A DNA stretch of 64,000 bases from the human T2T-CHM13v2.0 reference genome, Homo sapiens, in assembly GCF_009914755.1 (NCBI RefSeq), contig NC_060938.1; one strand, 5' to 3'. Under the pieces are notes generated by a model. It had not been told where the DNA came from and made no database searches. It saw nothing but the letters and a program-made list of their open reading frames with translations. The first letter of the stretch is position 1. The number at the start of each line of letters is the position of its first letter. The position numbers and the translations under genes were made by a program. Shown here piece after piece: positions 1 to 25,989 of this stretch.

Positions 1-316
<316 letters not shown>

Positions 317-677
317 TAGTAATTTCTTAATTGGTTCCAAACTGTGGCAGTGAAGAGTTATTAGGTTGAACCCTGTGAAATTGCCCATTGTACAATCATT
401 TAAAACCAGTAAAACACCATTAATTTGGTACATTTCAACCTAGTATTCATTGGGCACCCTGAAATCCCAAAACTCACTGGTGGTTTTCAGACTTAGATTA
501 TATCAAAATCACCAGAAATTTGGTAAAAATATGAAGGCCCAGGCCCTATCCTACTTTAATCAGCTTGGGCCTCTGTGTTTGGCCTGGGCCTTCTAGGTGG
601 TTCTGCAGACAACAAAGTTTGAGGAGCCCTAGCTACAAGGTAAGCACAATACTAAGTGTTATGTTTCTTTCTTCTTT

Positions 678-1010
678 TGTTAAACACAGACATGAAAAAT
701 TAAATTGTATTACAATTAAATAAATTATATTAAAAGCAAAGACAATACATACTCAAAACTCATCACTTTCTAATTATTTTACCATATTTTACCATCACCT
801 GTTCCTTGGGGCTCCCTTCATTGGTGGTGTCAGTGTGGTGAAAGTAATGTGCAAAGGTGGGCTCCTGGCCACCCCTCCCCAGCTCTGCATCCGTGACTTC
901 ATGTTACTTGCTTGAAATCATCCGTGCAGAGAGTGTTTACACCACGGAATTCAGCACACACTACAAATCAGGGCTCATTCCCGCCTCCCCAGAAATCAGT
1001 TGTTTAACCA
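678..1010. mobile_element. MER63-like hAT DNA transposon remnant
   Basis: Contains AATTAAATAAATTATATTAAAA...CTCAAAACTCATCACTT...TTTACACCACGGAA...CTACAAATCAGGGCT, typical of MER63 (recall). Confidence 0.65.
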
Positions 1011-1019
1011 ATGTCCATA

Positions 1020-1140
1020 GTCATCCCCATTTCACAGATGAGGAAACTAAGGTATGAGGAGCAGACGACTTTCCCAAGGTCTCAGAGCCACAGTTTGAAT
1101 CCAGACAGCTGACTCCGGAGCCCAGGATTTTAACCAATGT
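1020..1140. mobile_element. MIR SINE fragment
   Basis: MIR core CCCCATTTCACAGATGAGGAAACTAAGG...TTTGAATCCAG. Confidence 0.7.
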
Positions 1141-1552
1141 ATACATTAGGCTGTGTCTCTTCCTAGGCTTGTGGTGTGAGTCTCCACCCACCTTCCTGGA
1201 AAGGGATCTCCCTGCAACAACTGGTCTCCCTGCCACCAAAATCTCGCTGCTTCTCCTCTAGCAGTCTAAATAGCAAACATAAATAAGGCTCTGGGGTCTC
1301 CAGCAGGACAACAGCCAGTGGCCTCTGATGGGTCCGGCTCCTCTGTTGGGAGTGGGTGCTTTGGTGCCCCAAGTCCAATCTCTTGCAGATCTCCCCACCA
1401 ATGAATGTCCCAACAGCTGCATATACACATACTAAGCAGGTTAAAATAAATATGTGGGTGCTATTGAAGGTGGGAAAGAGAAAATGTGGTGAGAGAGGGA
1501 GTTTGGAGGTTGGAGGGTTGGCAGGTCAAGTTTTGTCTTTCAGATGAGATGC

Positions 1553-1850
<298 letters not shown>

Positions 1851-2445
1851 AACACATAAGGGGCCATTGGCCAGATACCTGGAGAGGTGTCAGGCAGGCT
1901 TTGTGTCCTGGCTGGCAGTACTATCCACCCCACCCACCCCAGCAGTAGCCTCTTCGTCCCTTGAGATAGCTAGGAAGGAGAGGGGAGGGAAAGCCTCCCA
2001 AAGGTGGGGAAGATTTCAACAGCCTGGTTTGGCCCCCACCTTTCTCCTTCATTTTCCTCTCCAGAATGTTGGGCCCCTTTTGGTTCCACCTCCCACTTCC
2101 AAATGCCACCCGCACTCAGACCCAGGAGGAGGGAACACTTGGGACCAAGAACTCTCTGGGATGACTCCATTTTTATTTAACAAAATAAAATATCGGAAAA
2201 AAATTAAGGTCACAACCAGTATATGACATAGTGTTAACAGTAGGATTACGGATTTTTTATTTTCCTCCTTTTGGCTCTGGTTTACCATTGTTTTTTTTCT
2301 CTACAATGAGCATGTGTGTTTTTTTCTAATGATAGGAAACAAGTTGTTTTTTGAGACAAAGGAGTAGGAAGAGGAGGGGAAGAAAACAGCAAAAGAAATC
2401 ATCACAGCAATTACACAACTACAGGATAAAAAAAAATGCTTTCAC

Positions 2446-3441
<996 letters not shown>

Positions 3442-4145
3442 CTAGAGGCTGTTGGTATCCCAGATCAAAGAGAGATTCCATGGCAGAGTCAGGGCTGGTC
3501 TCAAGGTCTTTCAGCTCTACAGTCTCCTGCCATTGAGCTGAGGGTGCTCTCTACACAACGGATATCTTGTGGAGTCCAAGACAGCCTCTCCTTACCTGCC
3601 CCAGGTCCAGAGAAAGGACTCCTCCCAGCCATGTGGAATAAGGCACCTATGCCTAACTATAGGTCCTTTAGGCCATGGGGCAGTCTGACTCGAGTAGGGG
3701 AGATCAGGGTTCACTCTGTTAGAATCTGGAATTAGGTCATGGAGAAAGAGATTGATGAGACACAAAGAAAGGAGAGAGACTTTGTCTTGTGGCTGGGTAA
3801 ACATGTGTTTCCCCTATGGCTTGGAGAACAGAGAACACTGGTCTCCAGGAACATTAAAAAGTAAGAAGAGGCACAGGAAGCAACAGAGATGAGATGAGAG
3901 ATAAAAAGAGAGTCTAAGTGGCCTCCTAAGCTCTTTATCAAACTTACCTTTGTCCCTGCCTACATCCTTATAATAAATGCCATTGTCGTTGTTTTATTAA
4001 AGCTAGAATGAGTTAACATCTGCTACTTGAGGCCAAAATGCAAATGAATAATATGTTCATTCATGGATGTACCTCCCCTGCACTGACCCCCAAACATCAC
4101 TCTTTAATATTCTAGAAGGAGGTCTAACTTCACTTCAAGTATTTA

Positions 4146-4449
4146 CCTTTTGTTTTGTTTTGTTTTTTGAGTCGGAGTCTTGCTCTGTCACCCAGGCTAG
4201 AGTGAAGTGGTGTGATCTCAGCTCATTGCAACCTCTGCCTCCCGGTTTCAAGTGATTCTCCTGCCTCAGGCTCCCAAGTAGCTGGGATTACAGGTGTGCG
4301 TCACCACACCCGGCTAATTTTTTGTATTTTTATAGAGGCAGGGTTTCACCATGTTGGCCAGGCTGGTCTCAAACTCCTGACCTCAGGTGATCTGCCCACC
4401 TTGGCCTCTTCAAATGCTGGGATTACTGGCATGAGCCACCACACCTGGC
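4146..4449 (-). mobile_element. Alu
   Basis: Antisense Alu, flanked by TATTTACC direct repeats. Confidence 0.95.
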
Positions 4450-4479
4450 TATTTACCATTATTTTTAATGAAAAAATAA

Positions 4480-9350
<4,871 letters not shown>

Positions 9351-9409
9351 GCACTGAAGAGGAAGGAAGGATTTTCACACCTCACTCTCAGCTTCTGTAC
9401 AGTTTGAAT

Positions 9410-10326
<917 letters not shown>

Positions 10327-11806
10327 AATTTACACTGGCACATGTAACTTATGTAATCCCGAAGGAAAGAAAAAAAATAAGTGTGGAACAGAATGAATAC
10401 TTATGCTTTAGGTATGAGATAGTTTTAGCTATACAGATAAATATATAATTTTTAACCCCTCAGCACTTTCTGTTTTGCAAGTCAGTCTTAAAAAGTCAGG
10501 AGCCTTCCCTGAGGGAGCCACACAGCTGTGCTATCCATCCTGGGAGCAAACTAAGCCATGAATGGAGCCATCACTAACTTAAGGCAATAGCAACCTCATT
10601 AGCCCGATTCAGTGACATCTTTGTCTTAATGAGGGCACTGGGAATGTCATTCTAAGAGGAAGAAAAGCCAGGGATGGGTCCACCAATGAGCATTGTCCCA
10701 CCAAAGCCCCGCTAATCCAGCCCTGCTGCCCCAGCCCCTCAGATTCACCCTGCTATTGTCTGCCCCAGGGCTGCCCCCAATCCCTCCCAGATCCTAGCTC
10801 CTTTGGGCTCCACCTGACACCCTCTGTGTGGCCACCTTCGAAAGGCTTTTGGGCATGACTGTTTATAACTTTTATTAATTCTGAGTTCTTTCCTAATCCC
10901 TTGCCTATCCCATTCCCAGGTCGAATAATAACCACAGCCACGACAGAGCTGCTAGCATGGGCCAGGAGTGTGTCCTGCAAGGGCCCTGAGCTAGGTCTCT
11001 GTTGCTATGCAGCACCCTGTTTAATTCTGGGCACCCCATGGAGCAGCTGCTGTCAGTGGGCTCATTGCACAGATGTGAAAACTGAGGCAGGCCAGGGGCT
11101 ACCAGGGAAGGCTCCACACCTGACTTACCCTCCACTGAACCCTGCACTGACAGCTCTGTCTCAGTACCTGCCACTGTCTTGGGGTTCATGTCTCTGAGCC
11201 TGTTCACCTCCCTGACTGGGGTCTCCTTGAGCCGAGGGCTCTGTCCTGCTCATCTTCGTGTCCCCAGCACCTAGTAAAGGGCAAAGGTGTTGGAGGAGGG
11301 AAGGGCAAGGCACAGGAAAACACAGGAATAAAGTGAGGGAGATGAGGAAGGGAGAAAAATTCAAAAAGAGAAAAGGAAGCGAAGGCATGATGGACGCAGG
11401 GCCCTGAGAGTGATGTGGAATCGGAGCAGGGGTTGGCAACCCTGTGGGAGGGAACAGTCACAACGAATGGTCAAGATGAAAAACGGTCATATTTCACACT
11501 GGACCTTAGTCCCAGTGTCGGCTAAAAATAGCGCTGTTCCCACGGCCTCTGGGGTACAGTCTTCTGTGGATCTGGGCCCCAGGGCCAATTCAGGCTCCAT
11601 CGTTCACTCCCTGAGTGCCTCTGGGGGCTGGAATTACCTATCCTGCAGGCCTGTCCCTGCTTCGCAGCTGGCATTGATAAATATGGGCAGGCTCCCGACA
11701 CCCCCACCTTGCACACAGCATCATCCTGAACCACTTGTCCCAATGCCCCCATATCCAGCTTCCAAGGCTATTTCGGTCAGCTTGGCCATAAGACTGAAGG
11801 CATTGG

Positions 11807-12097
11807 GTTTGGTTTTGTTTTGTTTTTTTGAGACAGAGTCTTGCTCTGTCATCCAGGCTGGAGTGCAGTGGCATGAACTTAGCTCACTGCAACCTCCACC
11901 TCACAGGTTCAAGCAATTCTTGTGCCTTGGCTTCCCGAGTAGTTGGGATTACAGGCGCCCACCACCACACCTGGCTAATTTTTGTATTTTTAGTAGAGAC
12001 AGCATTTCACCATGTTGGCCAGGCTGGTTTCAAACTCCTGACCTCAGGTGATCCACCTGCCTCAGCCTCCCAAAGTGCTGAGCCACCATGCCCAGCC
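11807..12097 (-). mobile_element. Alu
   Basis: Antisense Alu flanked by AAGGCATTGG repeats. Confidence 0.95.
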
Positions 12098-13993
12098 AAG
12101 GCATTGGTTCCAATCATGACCTCTCCTCACCCACCTGACCTGAAGTTTAGGACTTCTCAGGCAGGACCCTCAGCCACATCTGCTCAACCACACTTCCCCA
12201 CCTCCTGATGCTCTGGGATCTCCTGGGAGACCCCTTACCTGGACTGCCTGTGCTGAAAGGGCCCCAGCCCCACAGACGTGGTCAGTGACGATGAGATCCT
12301 GCACCCTGGGCATGCCTCTCTCCTCCCTGGGCCTCCGTTCGGATTTTACCTAGTTCCCCCATCATCAGGAGCATTGAATGGGAAAACGTCTCCTACTTGC
12401 TGAGTAGTCCAGGGTTGTGGTTTGTTTTGTTTCTTTTTCTGAGAACGCAAACCATTTTCATATAGCTTGCACTTGGCCTCCCCGGTGTTCCACCATGGGT
12501 CTATAAAAAGAATACTCGGATGCAATATTCTACAGGCAAAAATATGGACTGTTAGTAACATCATATTCTGCCACTTCACATCCAATTCATTTGAAGAGTC
12601 TGCTCATCCCTCCCTCGCTGAAGGAAAAGAGGAAAAAAGTTGCTTTCATGCTTCCAAGATTGCCGTAACTTGCCCTAGAGAGAACAAAGGGGCATGAGTT
12701 ATTAGATCTGTTTTATACTTGAGACAACTGTGTCTCTGAGAGATTAAACGGTTCGCCTGTGTCACCAGGCTGGAGGGGCCGCGGGAAGCAGAGCCAAGTC
12801 GCTGGTCTCCACCTCCAGACACAAGCTCTTCCCACCGCCCCATCCTGCCTGCGAAAGCACTTTTACTGCCGTCTGTCGACAGTCACGTAATTTGGACCAA
12901 ATGCAGACCAACCCCTAAGGACAGTAAAAAATAGAGACAACCTCAACGATTTAACTGAATGGGGTCAAAATGATTGCAAATCGCTCATTTCCAATGAGGA
13001 TCTAAACAAAACCAAAAGCAAGCTGGAGCATGTTCTGTCAATCTGGCAAGAGATGCTACAGGGGCAAGTGTGAGGAAGAGGCCACGGCAGGTCAGATCTC
13101 TTTCCCTCTGCTCTGAAAACAAACCACTCTTCCTAAAAGACAAACACATGCCATCTTCCTGGGCAGTGTTGGGAATGCCCTAGACACTAAAACACTGCGA
13201 CATCCTTGAGGTCGATCAGCTTTCATTGCAAAGAGACACGCTCACCCTGTGGGCTGGCTGGCGGTCACCTCCATCCCATGGAGAAGCTGGTCACTATCCA
13301 AATGACCCCTCTACTTGGAAGCCCTCAGCGCGGCTCAGCCTGGAAACGGTTGCTATGTGTGGGGAAGGTTTTTCCCTAAGCAGGCGCTGAGAAGGCCAGT
13401 GGACATCCCTGTGGAGCTGGCCCATGGATGATTAAAAAGAAGACAACAGTTTATCAGCCAGGCCTGTAACTTTCCAGACAGAGGCAGAGAGATTTGCCGG
13501 ATGGGGAAGAGCAGACTTTTGGGGGAATAAAAGGCAGGGTAGCAGTGCCCAAGTCGGGTGTTCAAGGTCCTTCCCTCCACCCAGAGAGGTGAGAAATGAT
13601 GGGGAAGGGAAGAAACACAGCCTCTGGAGTCAGACAGAAGTGCTTTTGCAACGCCTCCCTGACGTTTCTAGCTAAGACACCTCTGCTCTCTGTGCCTCAA
13701 GCTCCTCATCATCAAACAGAACAAAAAATTGTCCCTGCTTATAGGCGGAGGGTGCAGTGAGGCCTGGACAGATTGAATATAAAATGTCCAGCACTGTGCC
13801 AGCATCGTATTCAATGCTCAATATGTGGTGGCTGATATTAGTAGCATCACTAGGGTAGAGGCCCACAAAGAGCCTCATGAGGTGTCTGTAGATGGTGGAA
13901 ACTCAGGTGGGTGCTGCTGGTTAATAAAACTGGGAAAATCAGGTATGACTTAAGAATTCCACCACCTTCACACCTGTAATCCCAGCACTTGGA

Positions 13994-16142
<2,149 letters not shown>

Positions 16143-16962
16143 GATGACTCTTCAACAAATGGGGAAACTGAGGCCTAGAGATGTTGAGTGTGGTGGTCAA
16201 GTTTCCCTGAGCCGGAAAGTGGTTGGAGGCCTAACTTCTGACAGCTAATACAATTCTCTCTTCTGCCCTGTTCCTCCCCAGCCCTATGCTTAGTCCTAAT
16301 TCAAACCTTAACTTTGCAATAATCAGAAATGGAAGGGGAGGAGGGCGCTGATGCCACAGCTAGAGATGCACTCCACACCTCCCTGACCCCATGCCCAGCC
16401 CTGTTTTGGGCCTCAGAGTTGCTGTTAAATCCCCCAGAAAGAGCAGAGTGTCTGGTGGAGGGAAATCCTGTTCTTTCCACTTCATGCTCAGAGAAGCAGC
16501 TCCATTCTCCCTGCCTGGCTGCTGAGCTCAGAGAAGGGTTTGGCTCCCACCAACCAGAAGAGCAACTCACCTGGGCTTGACAGCTAAGCCTAGCTAAGCT
16601 AGGCTAGGGAAAGCAGAGTCAAGCCACTGCTCCTGGGCCCCCCCAGGCCAGAGGTCTAGTCAGCAAGACTCAAGGCTGCAAGACCACTATTTTCAGCCTG
16701 GAGACTGCTCACCGCCTCCCCACCCCACACCCTGTGCTCACTCACAGCCCTTAGCTTTACAAGGTCACTCCCCTCCTGCGTGTGACAGGAAGAACACTTG
16801 CCCCGAAGGGAGGCTACCCCAATGAGAGACTGTGTGTAAAAATCACTCACAGGCTGCAAAAAGCTTGACATACACTCACTGTCTTCAGTATCCACACTGA
16901 CCTGTGCCCCATTCCCTGAAAGAAACAGCTTAAAAATAGATCCATGCTGTGAGTTAATATAA

Positions 16963-17288
<326 letters not shown>

Positions 17289-19279
17289 CTACCAGAAGTT
17301 TTGAATGGAGATAATCCCTCTTGGCATGAAAAGAGCAACGTTCTATGGAAATGCCATGGAAATCTGTAAAATATGGGGGGAAGATGTCAGCAAGAGATAT
17401 TTGGGGTCGATCTGCACTCTTGAGGCTTTAGAACCTCATAGTCACTGGCAGAAATGAAGCTTGGCTTATTTGGAGAAGGGTACATCATGGCAGTGTGGGC
17501 ATGAGTGAACTCTAAGCATGTTCAGGAAACCAGGCCAAAATCTCTGGGATCTGAGAAAGGCTACCGCAGACCATGAAGACTGCCTGGAGGAAGTGGCACT
17601 TGGAGGATTTAGTCACCAGCTTGAGTTTGAGCCAACATCTAATGCTGAAACCAATATACGGCCATATCCAGGAAAAGCAGCTACACCCTTGAGTGTAGAC
17701 AGGGTTGGATACAAATAGAAAGTTCCAAGGCCTGGAAAGTTCCAAGGCCTTCTGCTCTTCTCCTTGTGGCTGTGTGATCTTAGGAAAGCAGATTGACCTC
17801 TCTGATCCAGCTTCCTCCTCAGTAAAATGGGGAGAACAGTTCCTGCCATGCGCACATCTCATGGTCATTGTAGGGATAGGGAGTTAGTAGCTGTGAAGGA
17901 GGTTCTATAAGGTGTAAGATGCTGCACACACGCACAGGCCGGTTCCCACGGGGAAGGATTTGTTCTAAGGCTGGAGAGCAACATGGAGCATGGGATGTCC
18001 TGGGCATGTCAACTACCCTAGAATCACAGGCATCTGGAAAAATTACCTTGAAGAATCACTGCCAGGCCCCAAATCACTGCATCTTAAAATGCCTTCCAAA
18101 CTCAAGCAAGGAAACAAACAAACAAAACCCCAAAACTGCCCATCTCTTCAGAAGGTTCTGAGCGATATGTTTTTCTGTCCTCTGATAGCAGACGGGGAGG
18201 ATGCCAAGCAGATGTTGACAGATTACTGCCTGCAGGCCTCTCTTGGCCAGAAGACCCTGCAGAAGACAGAGGCCATGAAGCCATGGCCATCTCCCTGATC
18301 ATCTTCAGGAGTCTGGAAGGGGAGGCAAATCTATTCTGTAGGTTTGAATACTTCGAAACAAACAGTTGGCTTTAAAATAGAGAACTGAGCACCTACACAG
18401 TGCCAGACTGTGGATTCCCAAGTTCCTGCCCTCAATTCCTTCCAGTATCTGCCCAGCCAAGTCCCTCCCTGGGGCTTCTTCCTCACAGCCAACTTTGCCA
18501 CCGCCAAGTCTCTGCTCAAGGGGTTCCCTCTTTCCAAAAGGCTTGGCCCTTGTACCCCTGCCCAAACTGCCCGGCTGCAGTGACCCACTGCCAGAAGCCT
18601 GCGTAGAACCCCTCCTCTGCCCAACCACAGATCTCAGGGGATTCCCCACCCCTCCACCTCTACGCTGTCATTTAGCTTTTGGATCAGCCTAATTCACACA
18701 CCTGAGGACGGACACTTTATTCATGTTTGCGACTGACTCAGCACCCAGTGGGGGATTGGCAAGTGTTGGATGAATGGAGGAAGGGAGTGTTGGGTGTGAC
18801 GGCCAGCAGCTCCTGTCTGGTCTGCACAGGGCGACATCCTTGCTGCCACCATACCTGTTTCCGTATCTGTGCCCTGCATGGCCAAAGCCTAACCTCCCTG
18901 CAATTCTCACTTCCTCCAGGAAGCCTTCTGGGTTTGAAGCTGTTTTCCCTCTTGGTATCCTACTCAATACCACATAATTTAGCATTCTTGTCATCTTGTT
19001 TTATATGATTCTGAAATCATTTCCTGCACATGTAGACTACGTCACCAAAATAGCACTTCTTAAGATCAGGCACCATATCATGCTCTTCCCTATCCAACCT
19101 TCTAGCCCACCCTCCACTCCCCACCTCCAGACCCTCTGAGTCATCAGCAGGGGGCCTAGCACTGTGCTAAGACCACAGGGAAAGGAAATGAGACATTTGA
19201 CAGACAGGTGTAAATCCTGGCTTCGTCACTTATTAGCAATCGTCTCCATTTTTGGTTTAGACTCTAATAAACTTTAGAG

Positions 19280-19499
19280 CAGGTGTTGGCAAACATTTTC
19301 TGTGAAAGAAAAGATAGTAAATAATTTGTGTTGTGGGCCATACAGTCTCCATTGCAACTATTCAACTCTGCCATTATAGAAGGAAAGCAACCACAGACAA
19401 TACATAAATAAATGGGTATGGCTGTGCTCCAATAAAACTTTATTGACAAAATAGGCAATGGACTGGATTGACCTATAGGCTGCGGTTTGCCAACCTTTG
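19280..19499. mobile_element. MER58A-like hAT-Charlie MITE
   Basis: Imperfect terminal inverted repeats (CAGGTGTTGGCAAAC / GTTTGCCAACCTTTG), internal CCAATAAAACTTTATT, ~220 bp. Confidence 0.8.
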
Positions 19500-19628
19500 T
19501 TGTGGAGGATTACTTGAGATGACATCGAATCTCCTCACCACACAGGCCTTAGACCACACTGTGAAGTATCCCCATCCCACCCCAGCCCCTCTATCCCCTC
19601 CCCAGACTTAGGTTTCAGCTAGTACTTA

Positions 19629-21320
<1,692 letters not shown>

Positions 21321-24181
21321 GTTTTCCATCTTTTTAAAAGGAAACTATACATGTACATCTTCTATAAAGACAAAAATAAACCATGAAGATCTACAATATT
21401 TTCAGAGCTTTAATTGCAGTAAAGAAAAGGGTTAAGTTTTCATCCGCTCACATGTATATCTGTGACCAGTTACCACAAAGGCAAGAACCAAAACAAATAC
21501 AGGCGGTCTCATCGAGCCAAAGGCAGAGGGCCCAGTTCTCCACTTCAGCCCATTCACATCGGGAGTCCTCTTGTGACAAAAGCTGACTCGAAGAAAAACA
21601 ACCCCAAAATAGATGAAGCATCATCACGTTCCTGGGCCCCTGCACCAGTGGAGGGGGACAACCTCTTTGAAGGTTCTGAGTGTGACGGGAATCATGCGAG
21701 CTGGGGTTATGCTTAGGACCGGGTGGGGATACTCAACACCCACTTCAGTAGAAAGTGATCCACTTGGTTTCAGGTTTAAATATTTATTTCTCAAGTACAA
21801 AACAATGATGAACATGTGCACCCTCTAATGTCCCAGCCATCTGGCCTCCGTAGTGGTCTGAACATCTTCAGATGAAGCAACAGCTGGGAATCCAACTCCA
21901 GAACGCTGAGTCTTTCTCACAGAAGGGGACGTGCCAAGTGCGTAGGGCCTCCCTGTTTCTTGGAGAAGGGTAGTTTTCTTTTTCTGATTCCACAGTTTGC
22001 ACTTTGAGGATTTTCAAAGGAGGGTTGGCCATATTCCAACTGGAAAGAAATGTCTCTTGGCCTCGCTGGATGATGGCAATAATTTTTTTGGGACACGATT
22101 AAAGCGGGCACCATCACCGTGAGGCTGGTCAAACACTGCCCTGTGCGATTCAGACACACACTGGCCCCAAGGCTGTCTGCACTGAGCCCTCCACCTGGCG
22201 GTGTGGGCTTCTGAAACCACATTCCTCCCCACCGGCCCCAACAAGCCTGCAAGCTCCTGCTCTGGAGCAGAACACCCTGCCAGAATGTCAGTTCCCCAGG
22301 AGGCCCCGTAGCCACGTGAGATCACTGCCGCTGTGCTGTGTGCATCCTGTTTGGGATGGCACACCTGTGGCCACAACCATGTTACTCACTGCAGGCTGCT
22401 AGACAACACAGGTATTTTCTGTGAAAATTCCATATTAGTCAGAGATTTCCCACCTATCCCCCCAAAGAAGAAAAAAAAATATAAACAAGTTACTGTGTGT
22501 TAGTTCTGAGAGTTGGGAGCAAGAAAATAGCCAGGGGACAGAATGTTCATTTTGAGAAGGAGATCAGCCTTCATGTTGAGGAGATCAGCCTTCCTGGGTT
22601 CCACAAAGAGAATCTGTCTCCTGAAGCTGCAGCGGCCTTGTCTGAGGTCAGCCTAGCTGATCATGCAACAGGGTCGAAGTCTTTCCCGGGCTCAGCATTA
22701 AACAACTAGTAAATCAGTGAGGAAGCGATAAGGACACTTTTCAACTCTGTCCATCATAGCTAAAATTATCTCACTAATTATAGTTTCTATAAATCAGCTT
22801 AGGTTAAGAGAGGGCATTGCAGGCAACGGGCGAAGTGCAGTTCACTCAATTAAACCTGGCCACTTGATTTCGACAGACTTTGAAGGACCTCAAAATTGGG
22901 AAAACAGAAGGTACAAATGGAACAAACTCTTAAGGAGAGGGGAGGGGTTGGGAGAGGAATTCTTAAGATCTTTCCTCACTGAAGCTTCCCAGGGCTGGAC
23001 ACTGGAGAACAAATGAAGGCTGCTGGAATCCAAAAATTATAGACCCACTTGAAAATACCGCAACATGCCATAATTCATCCTGTTTGTTCGATGGGTCACT
23101 CAGACTGCAAAGACAATGCTTTTTATTTTTCCCAGATTTAAAACCAAGCCGGGACAAACAGAAGTTTTCTGTGTTGTCACACAGCTCTAGGGACAAGCCC
23201 TAGGGATGTGTTATGTCCCCTTGACAAGCGAGAAGTTCCAACAGCTAACAGACCCAGCCGGATCCAGAGCTTTCAAGGGACTCTGCACCAGCGGCTGGGT
23301 TTTGTTTTCATTTTGTGTCTGAAAAACATCAAGGTCATTTCCCAAACCTTGGAAATCGAATCCCAATCCACTCCAAATTTTCTCCTTCTTCATCTAAATC
23401 TCCTTGTCCTAAACCTCTCCGAGAGAATGCAAAGCTATTATGCCTTATCAGATGTTCTCTTGTTTTAAATCCATGGCAATCACATTTAATTTCGTTAGAG
23501 TTTGCGTCCTGTGGTCATGCATAAGCTCCTAAACCAACAACAATTAAAAACAAGGTGCATTCCTCAATTCCTAATTCCAGTCTACTTATGCAGGATGTTA
23601 TCCAACCGATCTGAAAGTGTTTTTCAAAACCTACAATGATAAATGTGTCAGACACTCTGCTGGGTTCTTTACTTCCATAATCCCTAATCCTCTACCCAAG
23701 CCCATTTTGCAGGTGAGGAAGGAATCTGATAGACTCAGAGCTGAAGGAACCTGTCCCAGGTCACTCGGTGAGTATGTGACCCCATCCACACGGACGCTTG
23801 GCCCAGTGTGGTTCTAAAGGCCAGCCACCAGCTGTCCACTCACCACAACATGTTGCCCTAGCCTCCCCAAGGTCGGAAGTCTGCATCTGCACTCCTGTTT
23901 TTTACTTAAGGAGGTGTGTAGTAAACTTGGGGGACCTGAGGTACAGACCTTGGGGTCAGAAGGCCAGCACAGCAAGGTATATTTGGGTACAAGGGTCTTG
24001 GTGTCTAAACTATTTTACTTGAGTCACTTAAAACCTCATACAACTCAGAAAAAGAGCTCCCTGTCACCCCTACCTCCTGGCTCCCATTGCCCTCCCCTCA
24101 CCAACACACACACACAAAGAAATGAAAGAAGAATCTGCCCACTTCAGTCTCACATATACACATTGAAATGATGTCCTTTAC

Positions 24182-24485
24182 GCCAGGCATGATGGCTCAC
24201 GCCTGTAATCCCAGCACTTTGGGAGGCCGAAGTGGATGGATCACCTGAGGTCAGGAGTTCAAGACCAGCCTGGCCAGCATGGCGAAGCCCCGTCTCTACT
24301 AAAAATACAAAAAAATTAGCTGGGCACGGTGATGTATGCCTGTAGTCCTAGCTACTCAGGTGGCTGAGACACAAGAATCACTTGAATCCAGGAGGCGGAG
24401 GTTGCAGTGAGCTGAGATCGCACCACTGCATTCTAGCCTGGGCAACGGAGTGAGAGTCTGTCTCAAAAAAAAAAGAAAAAAAAAA
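24182..24485 (+). mobile_element. Alu
   Basis: Full Alu, TSD GATGTCCTTTAC. Confidence 0.95.
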
Positions 24486-25989
24486 GATGTCCTTTACACG
24501 AGGGTTAAAACCCTTAGGTCAAAGTTCCAATGTCAGTAAAACAACTTGATTAAAGAACTGTAATTCAAATACACTTTCTGTGGATGCTCTTTGTAAAGCA
24601 ATTGTTTTCATGACCTTCCCCCAGCCAGTGCCCAGCAGACTGCTAACAGCAGCTACAATGCACCCTCCATGGGGGCTCTCAGAACCTCAGATTCCCCATT
24701 TCTTCCCGCACACCCTGCACTTTTCCTCTTACTCTTCTGCTCCTTCCAGCCAGGGTCCCCCTTGGCCCAGATGACCTGAGACACCTGGAAGCCATTACCT
24801 CATACCTCTCCACCATCTTAAGAGGTGTGTGGGAAGTCCACCGAGGTTCGGGGTCCAGGGCTTATGATTTCTTCCCGGCAAAGCTTTGAGTCTCTCTGAG
24901 CCTCCATCTTCCATGTGCAAACTAGGCTGCATTCTGCCTCCTGAGGGCCTGAGATGCGTGCGGAAGGGCTTTGCAGTGAAAAGTGCTAGACTCATATTAG
25001 GGGTTACAATTGTCCTAACTGTTCTTTGCTAGACTGTGTCTGGCACTTTGTGAGATTCAAGTTTACATCCCCCAGGGGCAACTGCTTTCACTCCTGTGGC
25101 CATTTGCTGTAGGTGAACTTTTATATAGGGTTTATGGGTTTATATTGCCACCCAAAAGAACAGCCCAGATTCTGTGAGGCAGCCTGATTTATAGCAATCA
25201 CAAAAGCTAGTCCCTTGCCGACCACAGTTGGAAACCCCTTTGTGTTAGCTTTGTGCCTCAGTTTACTCAACTATGAAATGGGCAAAACACCTTTGTGGTC
25301 TGGCAGCAGGGGTTCAGATTGGAAATAACTAAAGCAAAGTCACCTGGCTTACACATTGCCCACTTTAACACGTATACACACTACCTATCAGCACCATAAC
25401 CCAAATTCCCACTGAAGAAAACTACTAAGGCCCACAGCTCAGCCAATGGGGGCTCTCGAAGCCGAAGTACCTTTTGCTCCGTGACCCCATCCAGCCCTTC
25501 CTAACACGGACAGCCAAGCTGACAGAGGTTTGAGCCCCATGGCCGTCTGGGAAGGTGGGTGGGGGGACTATAATTAGACCATCCTGGCAGTTCTCTCTTC
25601 ACTCCAGATATGTTTATTTCCTATGAACGGGGCCAATCCTGAAACACTTCACAGGGGATTCTGATGAGGAGATGTGGATAGTGAAGGAGCTTTCTCCTGC
25701 CACCTTGCACCTGCCCCGGGCCAAGACAGGAGAGCTCTCTGGCTCTTGGACCACTCTTCCCTCCATTCACCACAGCTTTTCACCAAACACTAATAGGGGA
25801 CAAAGATCTATCCCTCCTCAATTCCCCTGCCCCTGTCACTTGCTATAGACCTCTTTCCAGACTAGATAAATGCAGATTTTTAGAAAAATGAACAATCATC
25901 TTTTATTGAGGGCCTGAGGGCAAGTCATGTGCAAAGAGACACACAGGAGTTTATAAATAGTCCTGCAGAGGTCAAATTTCTCTGGGTGG

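Noticed and set aside
16587-16605. 9-bp inverted repeat AGCCTAGCT-A-AGCTAGGCT
   Set aside because: Short and low-complexity, plausibly chance or local slippage, with no functional context.
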